A stretch of DNA of 25,508 nt, taken from positions 1-25,508 of the forward strand of contig DASWAB010000161.1 in assembly GCA_036391375.1 (NCBI GenBank). Direction: 5' to 3'. Source of the DNA: Nitrospirota bacterium (GTDB lineage: Bacteria; Nitrospirota; UBA9217). This document shows positions 1 to 8,733 of the stretch, piece after piece. The notes under the pieces were generated by a model, which saw nothing but the letters and a program-made list of their open reading frames with translations, searched no databases and was not told where the DNA came from. The position numbers were made by a program, and so were the translations under genes. The first letter of the stretch is position 1. Each line of letters starts with the position of its first letter.

Positions 1-146
1 AAAATGCGGTTCCGCGTCGTCTGCGGTTTGTCGGAAATGATCGCGATCTTCTCGCCTAAAAGCGAATTCAGGAGCGTGGACTTGCCCACGTTCGGCCTGC
101 CGATGATCGAGATGAATCCGGATTTGAATTTTTGCCCCTCAGCCAT
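1..146 (-). CDS. era: GTPase Era, 5' part only (runs off the window)
   Basis: Not in the ORF track. Manual translation from ATG at 146: [48 protein letters not shown], i.e. the G1 motif GRPNVGKS plus the Era-typical KPQTTR G2 motif. Confidence 0.93.
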   Translation of the reverse strand, partial: MAEGQKFKSGFISIIGRPNVGKSTLLNSLLGEKIAIISDKPQTTRNRI

Positions 147-153
147 TTAAGAC

Positions 154-182
154 AGAATACCCGAAATCGTCGCCTCACGCAA
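154..182 (-). promoter_or_regulatory. Putative sigma70 promoter of era (TTGCGT-N17-TATTCT)
   Basis: Minus strand: -35 at 182-177, -10 at 159-154, 17-nt spacer. Only 7 nt separate the -10 from the ATG and there is no SD. Confidence 0.55.
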
Positions 183-230
183 CAGAAAAGCCTTTCGGGC
201 GCGCTATGCCCTCTGCGTTCCAATTTTCAT

Positions 231-260
231 TTGACAAGCCCCCGCGATTGCCGGTATTAT
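231..260 (+). promoter_or_regulatory. Putative sigma70 promoter of nadA (TTGACA-N18-TATTAT)
   Basis: Perfect -35 at 231-236 and TATTAT at 255-260; the ATG lies 9 nt later at 270, with no SD. Confidence 0.6.
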
Positions 261-269
261 CACGTACCT

Positions 270-1268
270 ATGACAGCACAGAAGACAAATAGCAACGCTC
301 TCCGCGAGAAGATTCTCAAGCTTAAAAAAGACCTGAACGCAATCATCCTGGCCCATAATTACCAGCGTCCCGAGGTGCAGGACATCGCCGACATCACCGG
401 AGACTCACTGGAACTTTCGCGCGCGGCCGCGAAGACGGACTATGACGTGATCGTTTTCTGCGGCGTGCACTTCATGGCCGAGAGCGCGTCGATCCTCTCT
501 CCGGACAAGACCGTGCTGCTTCCGGAGATGGGCGCGGGCTGCCCCATGGCCGACATGGTCACGGTCAAGGGCCCCCGCAAAACAAAGCCAGAACTCTATA
601 CGAACCTCATGGGCATTACCTTCCAGTTCGCTGACGACTTCACGCTTCTGGACATGAAGAAACAGCACCCCGGCGTTCCGGTCGTGGCGTACGTGAACAC
701 CTCCGCCGCGGTCAAGGCAGAAAGCGATATCTGCTGCACCTCGGCCAATGTGGTCAGGGTCGTGGATTCCCTCAGGGAGGACACCGTCATCTGCATCCCC
801 GACCGGAACCTCTCGGCCTACGCGGCTAAGCGGACTAAGAAAAAAATCATTTCCTGGGACGGCTTCTGCAATGTGCACCATGCCCATCTTGACATCGAGG
901 ACGTGAAGGCGGCGAGGGCGGAACATCCAGGGGCCTTGCTTATCGTCCACCCCGAGTGCCCCCCCGAGGTTCAGGACATGGCCGACCATATCACGAGCAC
1001 CTCCGGCATGCTCAGGTACTGCAAAGAGTCGGACCAGAAAGAATTCATCATCGGCACGGAAGAAGGCATCCTGCACCGCCTCAGGAAAGACAGCCCGGAG
1101 AAAAAATTTTATATTCTGAACAGAGAGATGGTCTGCCCCAACATGAAGCGGACCAGGCTCGAAAGCGTTCTCGCGGCGCTGGAGAAGCGTCAGCACGTGA
1201 TCAAGGTGCCCGAAGACATCCGGATAAAGGCAAAGCGGGCGCTGGACAGGATGCTTGAGATACGATAA
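270..1268 (+). CDS. nadA: Quinolinate synthase NadA ([4Fe-4S])
   Basis: Motifs [20 protein letters not shown] and YVNTSA; the three cluster Cys in GCPMADM, GFCNVH and CPNMK; HPEC. Start moved from the ORF-track 132 to ATG 270 because the upstream 46 codons are not NadA-like and contain the promoter. Confidence 0.95.
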   Translation: MTAQKTNSNALREKILKLKKDLNAIILAHNYQRPEVQDIADITGDSLELSRAAAKTDYDVIVFCGVHFMAESASILSPDKTVLLPEMGAGCPMADMVTVKGPRKTKPELYTNLMGITFQFADDFTLLDMKKQHPGVPVVAYVNTSAAVKAESDICCTSANVVRVVDSLREDTVICIPDRNLSAYAAKRTKKKIISWDGFCNVHHAHLDIEDVKAARAEHPGALLIVHPECPPEVQDMADHITSTSGMLRYCKESDQKEFIIGTEEGILHRLRKDSPEKKFYILNREMVCPNMKRTRLESVLAALEKRQHVIKVPEDIRIKAKRALDRMLEIR

Positions 1269-1281
1269 AGGCGTTTTAGAA

Positions 1282-1368
1282 ACGATGAACACGAATTATA
1301 ATAAAAGAGAATATGATTTTTGATAAGTTTGTCTTGTTGTTTTTTTCGCGCGAATTCGTGAACATTCG
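1282..1368. repeat. Degenerate REP-like inverted repeat in the nadA-rmuC spacer
   Basis: ACGATGAACACGAATT (1282-1297) faces TTCGCGCGAATTCGTGAACATTCG (1345-1368) across an AT-rich spacer. Complementarity is only partial (CACGAATT/AATTCGTG). Confidence 0.3.
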
Positions 1369-1391
1369 AGGCCTAAACGGTTTTTTAAAAA

Positions 1392-2525
1392 ATGCAAACT
1401 GCCATTCTCATACTACTTGCAGCCGTCCTTCTCATCCTCCTCTGGTCGGTCCTTCAGTCGCGCACGAAGACCGCTGACCCGGCTGTTTCCCTGCTCCAGC
1501 GGGAGGTAGAGTCCCTTCGCGGCCAGTTGACCGACGCCATGCTCAAAAGCCAGGAGACCGTGAACCAGCAGCTTGGACAGATCACCAGCCAGGTGAACGC
1601 GCAGTTAGGACAGGTGTCGTCTCAGATGAACGTCCGCCTGGGTCAGGTGACGGAGCAGCTCCAGAAGTCAACGGGGGACCTGAACACGCGGCTCGACAAC
1701 GCGGCAAAAGTCGTGGCCAAGGTGAGCGAAGGACTGGGCGGCCTTTCCGAGGCGACAAAAAAAGTCTTCGACGTCGGGAAGGACATCGCAAGCCTGCAGC
1801 AGATTCTTCGTTCGCCCAAACTCCGGGGCGGGCTGGGCGAACTCTTCCTGGGCGACCTCCTCGCGCAGATTTTTCCGCCCGCGCACTATGCGCTTCAGCA
1901 CCGGTTTAAGAGCGGCGAGGCCGTTGACGCGGTGATCAAGCTGGGAAGCGGGCTCGTGCCGATCGACGCCAAATTCCCCCTTGAGAACTTCAGACGGGTT
2001 ATCGAGGCGGCGGCCGAGGACGAGCGGAAAGCGGCCAAGAAAAAGTTCCTCGGCGACGTGAAAAAACATGTGGACGCAATCGCCGGCAAGTACATCCTTC
2101 CCGACGAAGGGACGTTTGATTTTGCTTTGATGTACATCCCTGCCGAAAATGTCTATTATGAGCTTATCATTAAAGACGAGACCGTGGACGCCGACAAGTC
2201 GCTGTTAAACTACGCTTTCGCCAGACGCGTCATCCCGGTGTCGCCAAACAGCTTCTATGCCTATCTTCAGACCATCCTCCTTGGGCTTAAGGGGATGCAC
2301 ATCGAGGAACAGGCCCAGGAAATCCTGAAAAATCTGGCCCGGCTGTCGGGAGATTTTGAAAAGTTCAGGGCGGACTTCGAACTCGTTGGAAAACACCTGA
2401 CGAGTACGAAGGCGAGATACGAAGACGCGGACAAGCGGCTGGAAAAATTCGGCAACCGGCTTCAGCTATTGAGCGGGACGGAGGCCGGCCACACGATCGA
2501 AGAGACGAAAAAACTGCCGGTATAA
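1392..2525 (+). CDS. rmuC: DNA recombination protein RmuC family
   Basis: N-terminal TM anchor, Gln-rich coiled coil, then PKLRGGLGE, VPIDAKFPLEN and GTFDFALMYIPAENVYYE (RmuC PD-(D/E)xK-like core). Confidence 0.9.
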   Translation: MQTAILILLAAVLLILLWSVLQSRTKTADPAVSLLQREVESLRGQLTDAMLKSQETVNQQLGQITSQVNAQLGQVSSQMNVRLGQVTEQLQKSTGDLNTRLDNAAKVVAKVSEGLGGLSEATKKVFDVGKDIASLQQILRSPKLRGGLGELFLGDLLAQIFPPAHYALQHRFKSGEAVDAVIKLGSGLVPIDAKFPLENFRRVIEAAAEDERKAAKKKFLGDVKKHVDAIAGKYILPDEGTFDFALMYIPAENVYYELIIKDETVDADKSLLNYAFARRVIPVSPNSFYAYLQTILLGLKGMHIEEQAQEILKNLARLSGDFEKFRADFELVGKHLTSTKARYEDADKRLEKFGNRLQLLSGTEAGHTIEETKKLPV

Positions 2526-2552
2526 CCTTGCGTCTGATCTATTCACGAGCAA

Positions 2553-2759
2553 TTACGCCTTTTTTTCTTCTTCTTTTTTCTGCTCTATAGCGGTGGTGTT
2601 ATCGGTCTTCTCGGATCCTTCTTTCATCGCCTTTTTAAAGGCCTTGATGCTCTTCCCCAGGCCTTCCCCCAGCTCCGGAAGTTTTCCGGGCCCGAAGATG
2701 ATGAGGACGATTAAAAGAATCAGTATCAGATGCATAGGCTGAAAAAGTCCTTCAAACAT
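2553..2759 (-). CDS. tatA: Twin-arginine translocase subunit TatA/E
   Basis: 68 aa: TM helix, [10 protein letters not shown] hinge, [11 protein letters not shown] amphipathic helix and charged tail; strong AGGAGG SD. Confidence 0.93.
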   Translation of the reverse strand: MFEGLFQPMHLILILLIVLIIFGPGKLPELGEGLGKSIKAFKKAMKEGSEKTDNTTAIEQKKEEEKKA

Positions 2760-2785
2760 GCTTCTCCTCCTTCTCTCTAAAATGC

Positions 2786-2814
2786 ATTATAACCGCCGTC
2801 CCCTCCCCTGTCAA
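2786..2814 (-). promoter_or_regulatory. Consensus sigma70 promoter of tatA
   Basis: Minus strand TTGACA (2814-2809), N17, TATAAT (2791-2786): a perfect consensus. Confidence 0.85.
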
Positions 2815-2877
2815 CACGGATATTTCCGAGGAACATCTTGACGTCGGCAGGATATGCCTCCCGCCGAAGCGGAAAAT

Positions 2878-5460
2878 TCACGGCCCGTGCGCATCTTTTC
2901 CCGCCTCGGCAAGCTCGTAGTTTCCATCGAGAAACGACCGCGCGTACCGCTCGACTGCGCTGTCGTCGTTCAGCACCGCGTCAAGCTGGCGCGTGTAGGA
3001 AAACAGCCTGCCCAGTTGATCGAGAACAGCCTCCGCATCACGCTGTTCGATGTTTGCGAGCCGGGCGACGATCAAGTCCCCTTTTGTCTTGATGTTGAAC
3101 CCGTACTCGCCCAGGATCATTGCAAGGAGCTGCAAGCGGCGCGAGCGCTTGGTCATGTCCGTCGCGCCGCCCGCAAACCGGAAATAGATGTGGTTGTTCT
3201 TCGCCCGTTCGCCGCAAAAACAGTCCATTACGATGAAGTGATAGCCGAATTTGAGGCTTATGTTCGCGTAGTCCCGCGAGATGACCGCCAGGTTCCGTTC
3301 CACGCGGCCTCCCGAGTCCGTCGTGATATCGGGCACGCGGAGCATGCTGGTCATGAAATCATTCACCCGGAGCGGGACCGCATCGGAGCGCCACAGCCCG
3401 GGCCGCGTCATGCCGTTTATCACGGCCCGAAACGGAATGGACTCGATCTGTTCGGCGGCGACTTCCGGCGCGTTGTCCGGGTTCCGCAAGCCGCCCCCGA
3501 TGTCGATCAGCATGAGGTCCGCCGGAACGGACAGGTTCAGCCTGACCGCGCCGGTGCTGCTGCCCCGGCCTGCGCCGTCGACCAGCTCCGCAACGGACTT
3601 CTCGTGGATAAAGCGAAGGACATCGTGCATGGTTCTGCAGGCCTTCGGGGTAAATTCGTCCTTGAGCGGGTCCACGAGGTTGAGCGGCACGATATACCGC
3701 AGGAGGTACCGCTTTTTCCGGAACTCAGCAATCGCCTCCATCCGCGTGGAGTCGTCCTGGGAGTCCTCGACGATCTCGGCAATCCGTCCCTCATAAATTG
3801 TCGCGCCTTCGGCATCCACCCGGACCGTGACCTCCTGACCAGCGGTAAGGGCGCGCGCCGCGTGACCAGCGTTCACCACGGTCGGGATCCTGAACTCGCG
3901 GCAGAGGGCTGCCATGTGGCTTGTGGGGGTCCCCGTGTCCGTGATGATCGCGGACACGTCGGTCATCAGCCGCACAAACTGAGACGAGTCGCGGCGAGCG
4001 ACCAGAACGGCCCCTTTCGGGACGGAAGAGAGGTCGCGATCGTTCGCGAGTATGAACACCCTGCCCGAGGCCGCGCCTTTCTGAACCACGACGCCGATGT
4101 TTCGCGCAAGCGCCTTTGCGTCGGCCGCGGCAACGGATGCCTGCGTTTTCCCCTCGGGGATCCTCAGGGGCCGCGATTGCAGGATGAAAATCTTTCCATT
4201 CGCGTCGATGGCCCACTCGATGTCCTGGGGTTTCCGGAAATGACTTTCGAGCGAGACCGCGATTCGGGCGAGCTCGGCGGCCTGATTGCGCGAAATGCTC
4301 GGGGTGTTTCTCTTGTCTTCCGGGATCGGAACGGCTGCGACGCCTCCCTCCCCGCGCATGGCGACCATGCTCGTCTTAGCGCCTATACGGGATTCCACGA
4401 TATCGCGGGCGCCGTCCTTCCTTATTCGGAAAAAATCGGCGTCCACCGCGCCTTCAACGACCGCTGTGCCGAGTCCCCGCGTCGAATTTATGACGAGCGT
4501 GCCCTGGTCTTTCTCGGGATCCGTGGAGTAGACGACCCCGCTCGCCTCGGCGTCCACCATGACAACGCCTGCCACGGCCATTTTCATGTCCCGGACATCG
4601 AAGCCCAGGCGCTGCTGATAGGCGGCAGCCTTGTCCGAATAGAGGCTGGCAACCACCTTGCGATAGGCTTTTCCCACTTCCCCGGGATCGAGGGGCACGT
4701 TCAGAATGGTTTCGAACTGGCCGGCAAAGGAAAATTCGCTGTCTTCTTCGCCTGCGCTGCTCCGGACCGCGAGGCTGCAAGCTGCGCCGCAGCGGGACTG
4801 GACCTTCCTTACGGCCTTTTCGATCGCGCGGCTGAGTTCCGGCGGCATAGTCCCGGCGAGGACCTGTTCCCGCAGAGTTTGAAGCGCGTTTTCCGGCATC
4901 CCGGAGCCGGCCGGCGGAAGAAGAACTTTCTCGAAAATGCGGTTATGCCGCATGAACAGGTCGAAGGCGCCCGTCGTAATGGCAAAGGCATCCGGAACGC
5001 TGAGTTTGACGGCGTTTTTCACCTCGGCAAGGTTGCTGTTTTTCCCGCCCACGATCCGCGCCATGTCTCCCGTGATCCGGTCGTAGGCGATAACGAGCGC
5101 ATCAGGGACCGGGACGGTCTCGTCGATGACATGCCTGATCCGTTCGTCGAGCTCCCAAAAACGTTTGTCGAGTTCCGTATAGCGGCCGCTGGTCAGCCCA
5201 TCGAAGAGGCGAAGCGAAGTCCCGATGTTTTCCTTGAGCCGGGAGTATGCATTCCGCACGTACACGATGTCGAAGAGATACTCCCCGCCCAGCTTTTCGC
5301 CCATGTCCGTGATCGTTTCCAGGGCGCGGTTGTTGCTGTCGAGCACGTTCTGAAACGTGTCGAAGAAGGCCCTGAATTGAGCGGCGTCTCTCGGCGGCCG
5401 GTGAAGGAAAGCCCTTCTCAGCGACGACAGGGCGGATTGTATGAATTCCGGTTGCTTCAT
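2878..5460 (-). CDS. PEP synthase/PPDK-like dikinase (ATP-grasp + phospho-His swivel domain + uncharacterised C-terminal domain)
   Basis: ATP-grasp motifs GGKNSNLAE, AVRSSAGEED..SFAGQFET..NV, GVVYSTDP and PQDIEWA..ILQSRP; mobile domain TDTGTPTSHMAALCREFRIP (His codon at 3916-3918). No recognisable PEP/pyruvate-binding TIM barrel follows it. Confidence 0.85.
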   Translation of the reverse strand: MKQPEFIQSALSSLRRAFLHRPPRDAAQFRAFFDTFQNVLDSNNRALETITDMGEKLGGEYLFDIVYVRNAYSRLKENIGTSLRLFDGLTSGRYTELDKRFWELDERIRHVIDETVPVPDALVIAYDRITGDMARIVGGKNSNLAEVKNAVKLSVPDAFAITTGAFDLFMRHNRIFEKVLLPPAGSGMPENALQTLREQVLAGTMPPELSRAIEKAVRKVQSRCGAACSLAVRSSAGEEDSEFSFAGQFETILNVPLDPGEVGKAYRKVVASLYSDKAAAYQQRLGFDVRDMKMAVAGVVMVDAEASGVVYSTDPEKDQGTLVINSTRGLGTAVVEGAVDADFFRIRKDGARDIVESRIGAKTSMVAMRGEGGVAAVPIPEDKRNTPSISRNQAAELARIAVSLESHFRKPQDIEWAIDANGKIFILQSRPLRIPEGKTQASVAAADAKALARNIGVVVQKGAASGRVFILANDRDLSSVPKGAVLVARRDSSQFVRLMTDVSAIITDTGTPTSHMAALCREFRIPTVVNAGHAARALTAGQEVTVRVDAEGATIYEGRIAEIVEDSQDDSTRMEAIAEFRKKRYLLRYIVPLNLVDPLKDEFTPKACRTMHDVLRFIHEKSVAELVDGAGRGSSTGAVRLNLSVPADLMLIDIGGGLRNPDNAPEVAAEQIESIPFRAVINGMTRPGLWRSDAVPLRVNDFMTSMLRVPDITTDSGGRVERNLAVISRDYANISLKFGYHFIVMDCFCGERAKNNHIYFRFAGGATDMTKRSRRLQLLAMILGEYGFNIKTKGDLIVARLANIEQRDAEAVLDQLGRLFSYTRQLDAVLNDDSAVERYARSFLDGNYELAEAGKDAHGP

Positions 5461-5500
5461 CGTATTTCAGACGTGAGCTTCGTGGTGAGGCGTTTCCGCT

Positions 5501-5878
5501 TCACGCCGCGCTCGTTTTCGCCAATGCCCGCCGGATCGACTCCTTCAGTTCTTTGATCTTGACGGGCTTGGGGAAAAAGTCGTGCACGTCGCCGCGCAGC
5601 GCCTCGATGGCGGCGTCGAGGTTCGCAAACGCCGTAATCATGATGACCGTGGTCCCGGGATATTGTTTTTTTACGGTCCGGAGAACTTCCATGCCGTCGA
5701 TCCCCTTCATTTTGTAATCAGTCACGACGACGTGGAATTTTTCCTCCTTCAGCCTCGCCAGCGCGGGCTCCGCGTTCAGGAAAGTCTCGACCAGATACCC
5801 GTCCTGCTCGAGCGACAGTTTCGCCATGTCGCCGACGATCTTCTCGTCGTCAATGACCATGATCCGGTAATTACTCAT
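5501..5878 (-). CDS. Single-domain response regulator (receiver only)
   Basis: 125 aa with IMVIDDE, VVVTDYKM (acceptor Asp), ITAFA and KPVK; overlaps the kinase stop codon by 8 nt. Confidence 0.92.
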   Translation of the reverse strand: MSNYRIMVIDDEKIVGDMAKLSLEQDGYLVETFLNAEPALARLKEEKFHVVVTDYKMKGIDGMEVLRTVKKQYPGTTVIMITAFANLDAAIEALRGDVHDFFPKPVKIKELKESIRRALAKTSAA

Positions 5879-7286
5879 TGTTTATCTCCTTGTTTTTATA
5901 ATGGGCGGGGATTTCTACGGTAAAGGTTGTCCCTACGCCCACCTTGCTTTCGACCCGAATCTCCCCCCTGTGATTTTTTATGATGCCGTAGCTCACCGAC
6001 AGCCCGAGCCCCGTTCCTCCCTCTCCCTTGGTGCTGAAAAAGGGATCGAAGATGTGCGGGAGAAACTCGGGCGGTATGCCCCTGCCGGTGTCCATGACCG
6101 TGATCTCGACGGAATCGCCGCCTTTCCCCGGCCTCGACGCGATAAAAAGCCTGCCTCCGTTAGGCATGGCCTGAACGGCGTTGGTAACAAGGTTCACGAG
6201 CACCTGCTGGATCTGGTGGGCGTCAACAAAAACATGAGGAAGACCGTCCGTAAGGTTTACCATCGTGTCGATATTCGACACATCGATCATGTTTTGGACC
6301 AGGGTGAGCGTCTTGTGGATAACGCTGTTGATGTCCTCTTCCTTCGGATTGGCGTCCTTGGGCTTGGAGAAATCCAGAAGGTTCTTCACGATCTGGCGGA
6401 TCCGCTCCGTCTCCGCGTCGACTTTGCCCATGAATTCAATACGGTCTTTTTCGCCGAGTTTGTCGTACAGCTCCGCGTACGTCTGCGCGATCATGGAGAT
6501 GTTGTTCAGCGGGTTCGTGATCTCATGCGCGACGCCGGCGGTCAGGATGCCGAGGGAGGCGAGCTTTTTGGACTGGAGGATCTGCTCTTCGCGGTGCGCC
6601 AGCTCCTCGGACATGGAGTTGATCGCCGTGATGACCGACCCCAGTTCGTCCCGCGGGCGGACGCCGTCGAGGGGATGGAAGTTCCCTTCCGATATGGACT
6701 TCGTCATCTTCTCGATTTCCCGGAGCGACTGAACGATTTTCTGCGAAATAAAATGGCCGATCAGGAGAGCGGACGCGAGGATCGCCCAGAAGGAAAAGAT
6801 CAGGATGCGCTTGGAGCTCATGATGATGTCATTTACGCGCTTTCGCTCGAGTTGGGTGATGGAATCAGAGTATTCACTGAGTTTCCTTCCCGCGGCACGG
6901 ATCTTCGACTCCAGTTCCTGGAACGGATGGCCCGTGGCCTCAGTCTCCCCAATGGCGTCCGAATAGGCCTTCAGGTTTGATTCGAGCTTCTGGAGGTCTG
7001 CCTCTCCGATTGCCGGGATGATGTCCTTTTTCGCGGCATCGAGCGACTTCATCGTGCCCGAAATCTTCTCCCGGATCTCGTTGAGCGCTTTTTTGTCATG
7101 GTAGAGGAAAAAGTTCTTCTCCGAAAGCCTCATTTCGAGGAACGACGCGTTGAGATCATCGGCGATTTCCACGAACCGGAGTTTGGTCAGCACCAGGTTC
7201 ATGTTTTGAAAGGCAAAGAAACCGATCAGGATCAGAAACGCCCCGTTGATAACGTTCGAGAGGACAAGTTTATGCTCGATTTTCAT
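5871..7286 (-). CDS. Sensor histidine kinase 1 (TM, helical extracytoplasmic sensor, TM, HAMP, HisKA, HATPase)
   Basis: Two TM segments, EMRLSEKNFFLY, HAMP (DELG..INSM), H-box GVAHEITNPL, N-box NLVTNA, G1 DTGRGI, F-box PFFSTK, G2 GTGLGLS. Confidence 0.93.
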   Translation of the reverse strand: MKIEHKLVLSNVINGAFLILIGFFAFQNMNLVLTKLRFVEIADDLNASFLEMRLSEKNFFLYHDKKALNEIREKISGTMKSLDAAKKDIIPAIGEADLQKLESNLKAYSDAIGETEATGHPFQELESKIRAAGRKLSEYSDSITQLERKRVNDIIMSSKRILIFSFWAILASALLIGHFISQKIVQSLREIEKMTKSISEGNFHPLDGVRPRDELGSVITAINSMSEELAHREEQILQSKKLASLGILTAGVAHEITNPLNNISMIAQTYAELYDKLGEKDRIEFMGKVDAETERIRQIVKNLLDFSKPKDANPKEEDINSVIHKTLTLVQNMIDVSNIDTMVNLTDGLPHVFVDAHQIQQVLVNLVTNAVQAMPNGGRLFIASRPGKGGDSVEITVMDTGRGIPPEFLPHIFDPFFSTKGEGGTGLGLSVSYGIIKNHRGEIRVESKVGVGTTFTVEIPAHYKNKEINNE

Positions 7287-7295
7287 ACAATGAAT

Positions 7296-7324
7296 ATTAT
7301 ACTCTTTTATAACGTGTTTGAAAA
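7296..7324 (-). promoter_or_regulatory. Possible internal sigma70 promoter for kinase 1, receiver and dikinase
   Basis: Perfect TATAAT (7301-7296) 9 nt before the ATG; weak -35 TTTTCA at a 17-nt spacer; no SD. Confidence 0.45.
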
Positions 7325-7491
7325 CAGAGATGCATCGGCGGGCGCGTCATGGATATTCGCCGTCTCCGAAAACAATACCCTGCCGACGCCGCCGTCGTCG
7401 GCGTCATCGAGACCGAAAACCTCGATTACCGGCAGGCAAGGGGAAAAGTGCTTGCTGCCTTCAGAAAAGAGGAAGAAAAAAATAAATTCAC

Positions 7492-8733
7492 TTACTCGGG
7501 GTAGGCTATGCCTCTCGGGACTTCCGCCTGTTCCTTCCGCACTGGCCAGTACCAGAGAACGCCGTCGACCGTCATCAACAGCCCCGCGGCGATAAGCCAG
7601 AGATTGAACGACGTCAGAAGACCGAAACCGAAATAGCTGATGATGCCGATGCCGATGCTGAGAAACGAGAAACCGGTGCGGATGAACGCCAAGCCGGTCC
7701 TCGCCCGCGCATAGATGGTGCGATAGCACGCCGCGATGGTCCGCTGGGCGGCCAGCACATTCCGCTCGCGCGCGAACATGGTGCGCGTTTTGGAGGAAGG
7801 AGACGGATTGAGGTATGTGCTGAAATCGGAAAGAAAATCCCCCATCCTCGCCAGCATGGTGCCTTTCAGCGATTGCATGACGGGCGCGTTCTCGACAAAA
7901 TGATAATTTTCGAGGAACTGGATCGTCGCCCCCGTCACTTCCACGATCGTCTGGTTCCCCGGCGGCGTCATTCTCGACTTTCGCACGTTCAGGTAGATCG
8001 GAAGGCCGTAGAAGGAGATCGCGATGCCGGCCGCGAGGACCGAGAAATAAAGAAGCGGATGATACGCGATGTTCTTGGATTTAAGCAGCGCGTTCGACAG
8101 CGCGATCGTCCCCAGCCCCCAGCGCAGAAAAGCGAGGCCGGTCCGCGCCTTTGCCATGTCCGTGCGGTAGCAGGCCATGCGCGTGCGCCACTGGGCCATG
8201 ATGTTTCGCCAGAATGCCAGGCCCGTCCGTTCGGTGCCGATCAAAAGCCCCACCTTCGCGTGGAGGAAGTCCTGGATGTACCACTGGATGTCCGCGTCGA
8301 GCGAGACCCTGAATTCGTACCGCTCCGCCGTGATGTGCTTTTTTACGTCATCCCGCATCGCCTGGTTCTGCGGATTCCTTGCTGCGATGACGACGGCGCC
8401 CGATTTGTCCTTCATGACGGGCATCCACTGGTACGTCGACAGCGAGTCCGGGCTGAGGCCCGCCAGGAGCTCCGGCGGGATCGGCAGGCGTTCGTCGTAC
8501 TCGATCGAGGGGCAGGCATAATATTTTGCAAGCGCCGCAAGCAGATCCTGCTTGGGCACCTTGTACTCTTTCAGCAGGACCTGCTCGAGCGCGACTCCTC
8601 GCGCCTGCGCCCTGCTCGACGCTTCTTCCAGGTCGCCGCGGCTCAGGATGCCCCGATCCGCCAGAAGGGAGAATTCCTGACCAGCCGGCGCGGCCGTTTC
8701 CTCGAGCTCGCCGTTTAAAAGTTCATTTTGCAT
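7492..8733 (-). CDS. MshEN/T2SSE_N-like domain fused to two DUF202-like membrane repeats (protein B, 413 aa)
   Basis: The N-terminus resembles the GspE/PilB N-domain (LLADRGILSRGDLEEA..LEQVLLKEYKVPKQDLLAALAKYY..WMPV..VVIAARNP). Two repeats of (R-T-x-[LMF]-A-x-x)n..RTGLAF each lead into two hydrophobic helices. ATG 8733 overlaps the stop of protein A and is preferred to the ORF-track start 8778. Confidence 0.8.
   Translation of the reverse strand: MQNELLNGELEETAAPAGQEFSLLADRGILSRGDLEEASSRAQARGVALEQVLLKEYKVPKQDLLAALAKYYACPSIEYDERLPIPPELLAGLSPDSLSTYQWMPVMKDKSGAVVIAARNPQNQAMRDDVKKHITAERYEFRVSLDADIQWYIQDFLHAKVGLLIGTERTGLAFWRNIMAQWRTRMACYRTDMAKARTGLAFLRWGLGTIALSNALLKSKNIAYHPLLYFSVLAAGIAISFYGLPIYLNVRKSRMTPPGNQTIVEVTGATIQFLENYHFVENAPVMQSLKGTMLARMGDFLSDFSTYLNPSPSSKTRTMFARERNVLAAQRTIAACYRTIYARARTGLAFIRTGFSFLSIGIGIISYFGFGLLTSFNLWLIAAGLLMTVDGVLWYWPVRKEQAEVPRGIAYPE

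Noticed and set aside
2845-2880. UGA stop followed by a hairpin, as a possible selenocysteine/SECIS signal or terminator
   Set aside because: The UGA ends a non-conserved-looking tail, read-through gives no meaningful sequence and runs across the tatA promoter, and there is no U-tract for a terminator.
2878-5460. Calling this gene ppsA or ppdK
   Set aside because: The pyruvate/PEP-binding domain is not recognisable, so the gene symbol is withheld.
2854-5556. 900-aa + strand ORF
   Set aside because: Antisense shadow of the dikinase gene. It has no motifs, and long stop-free antisense frames are expected in GC-rich coding DNA.
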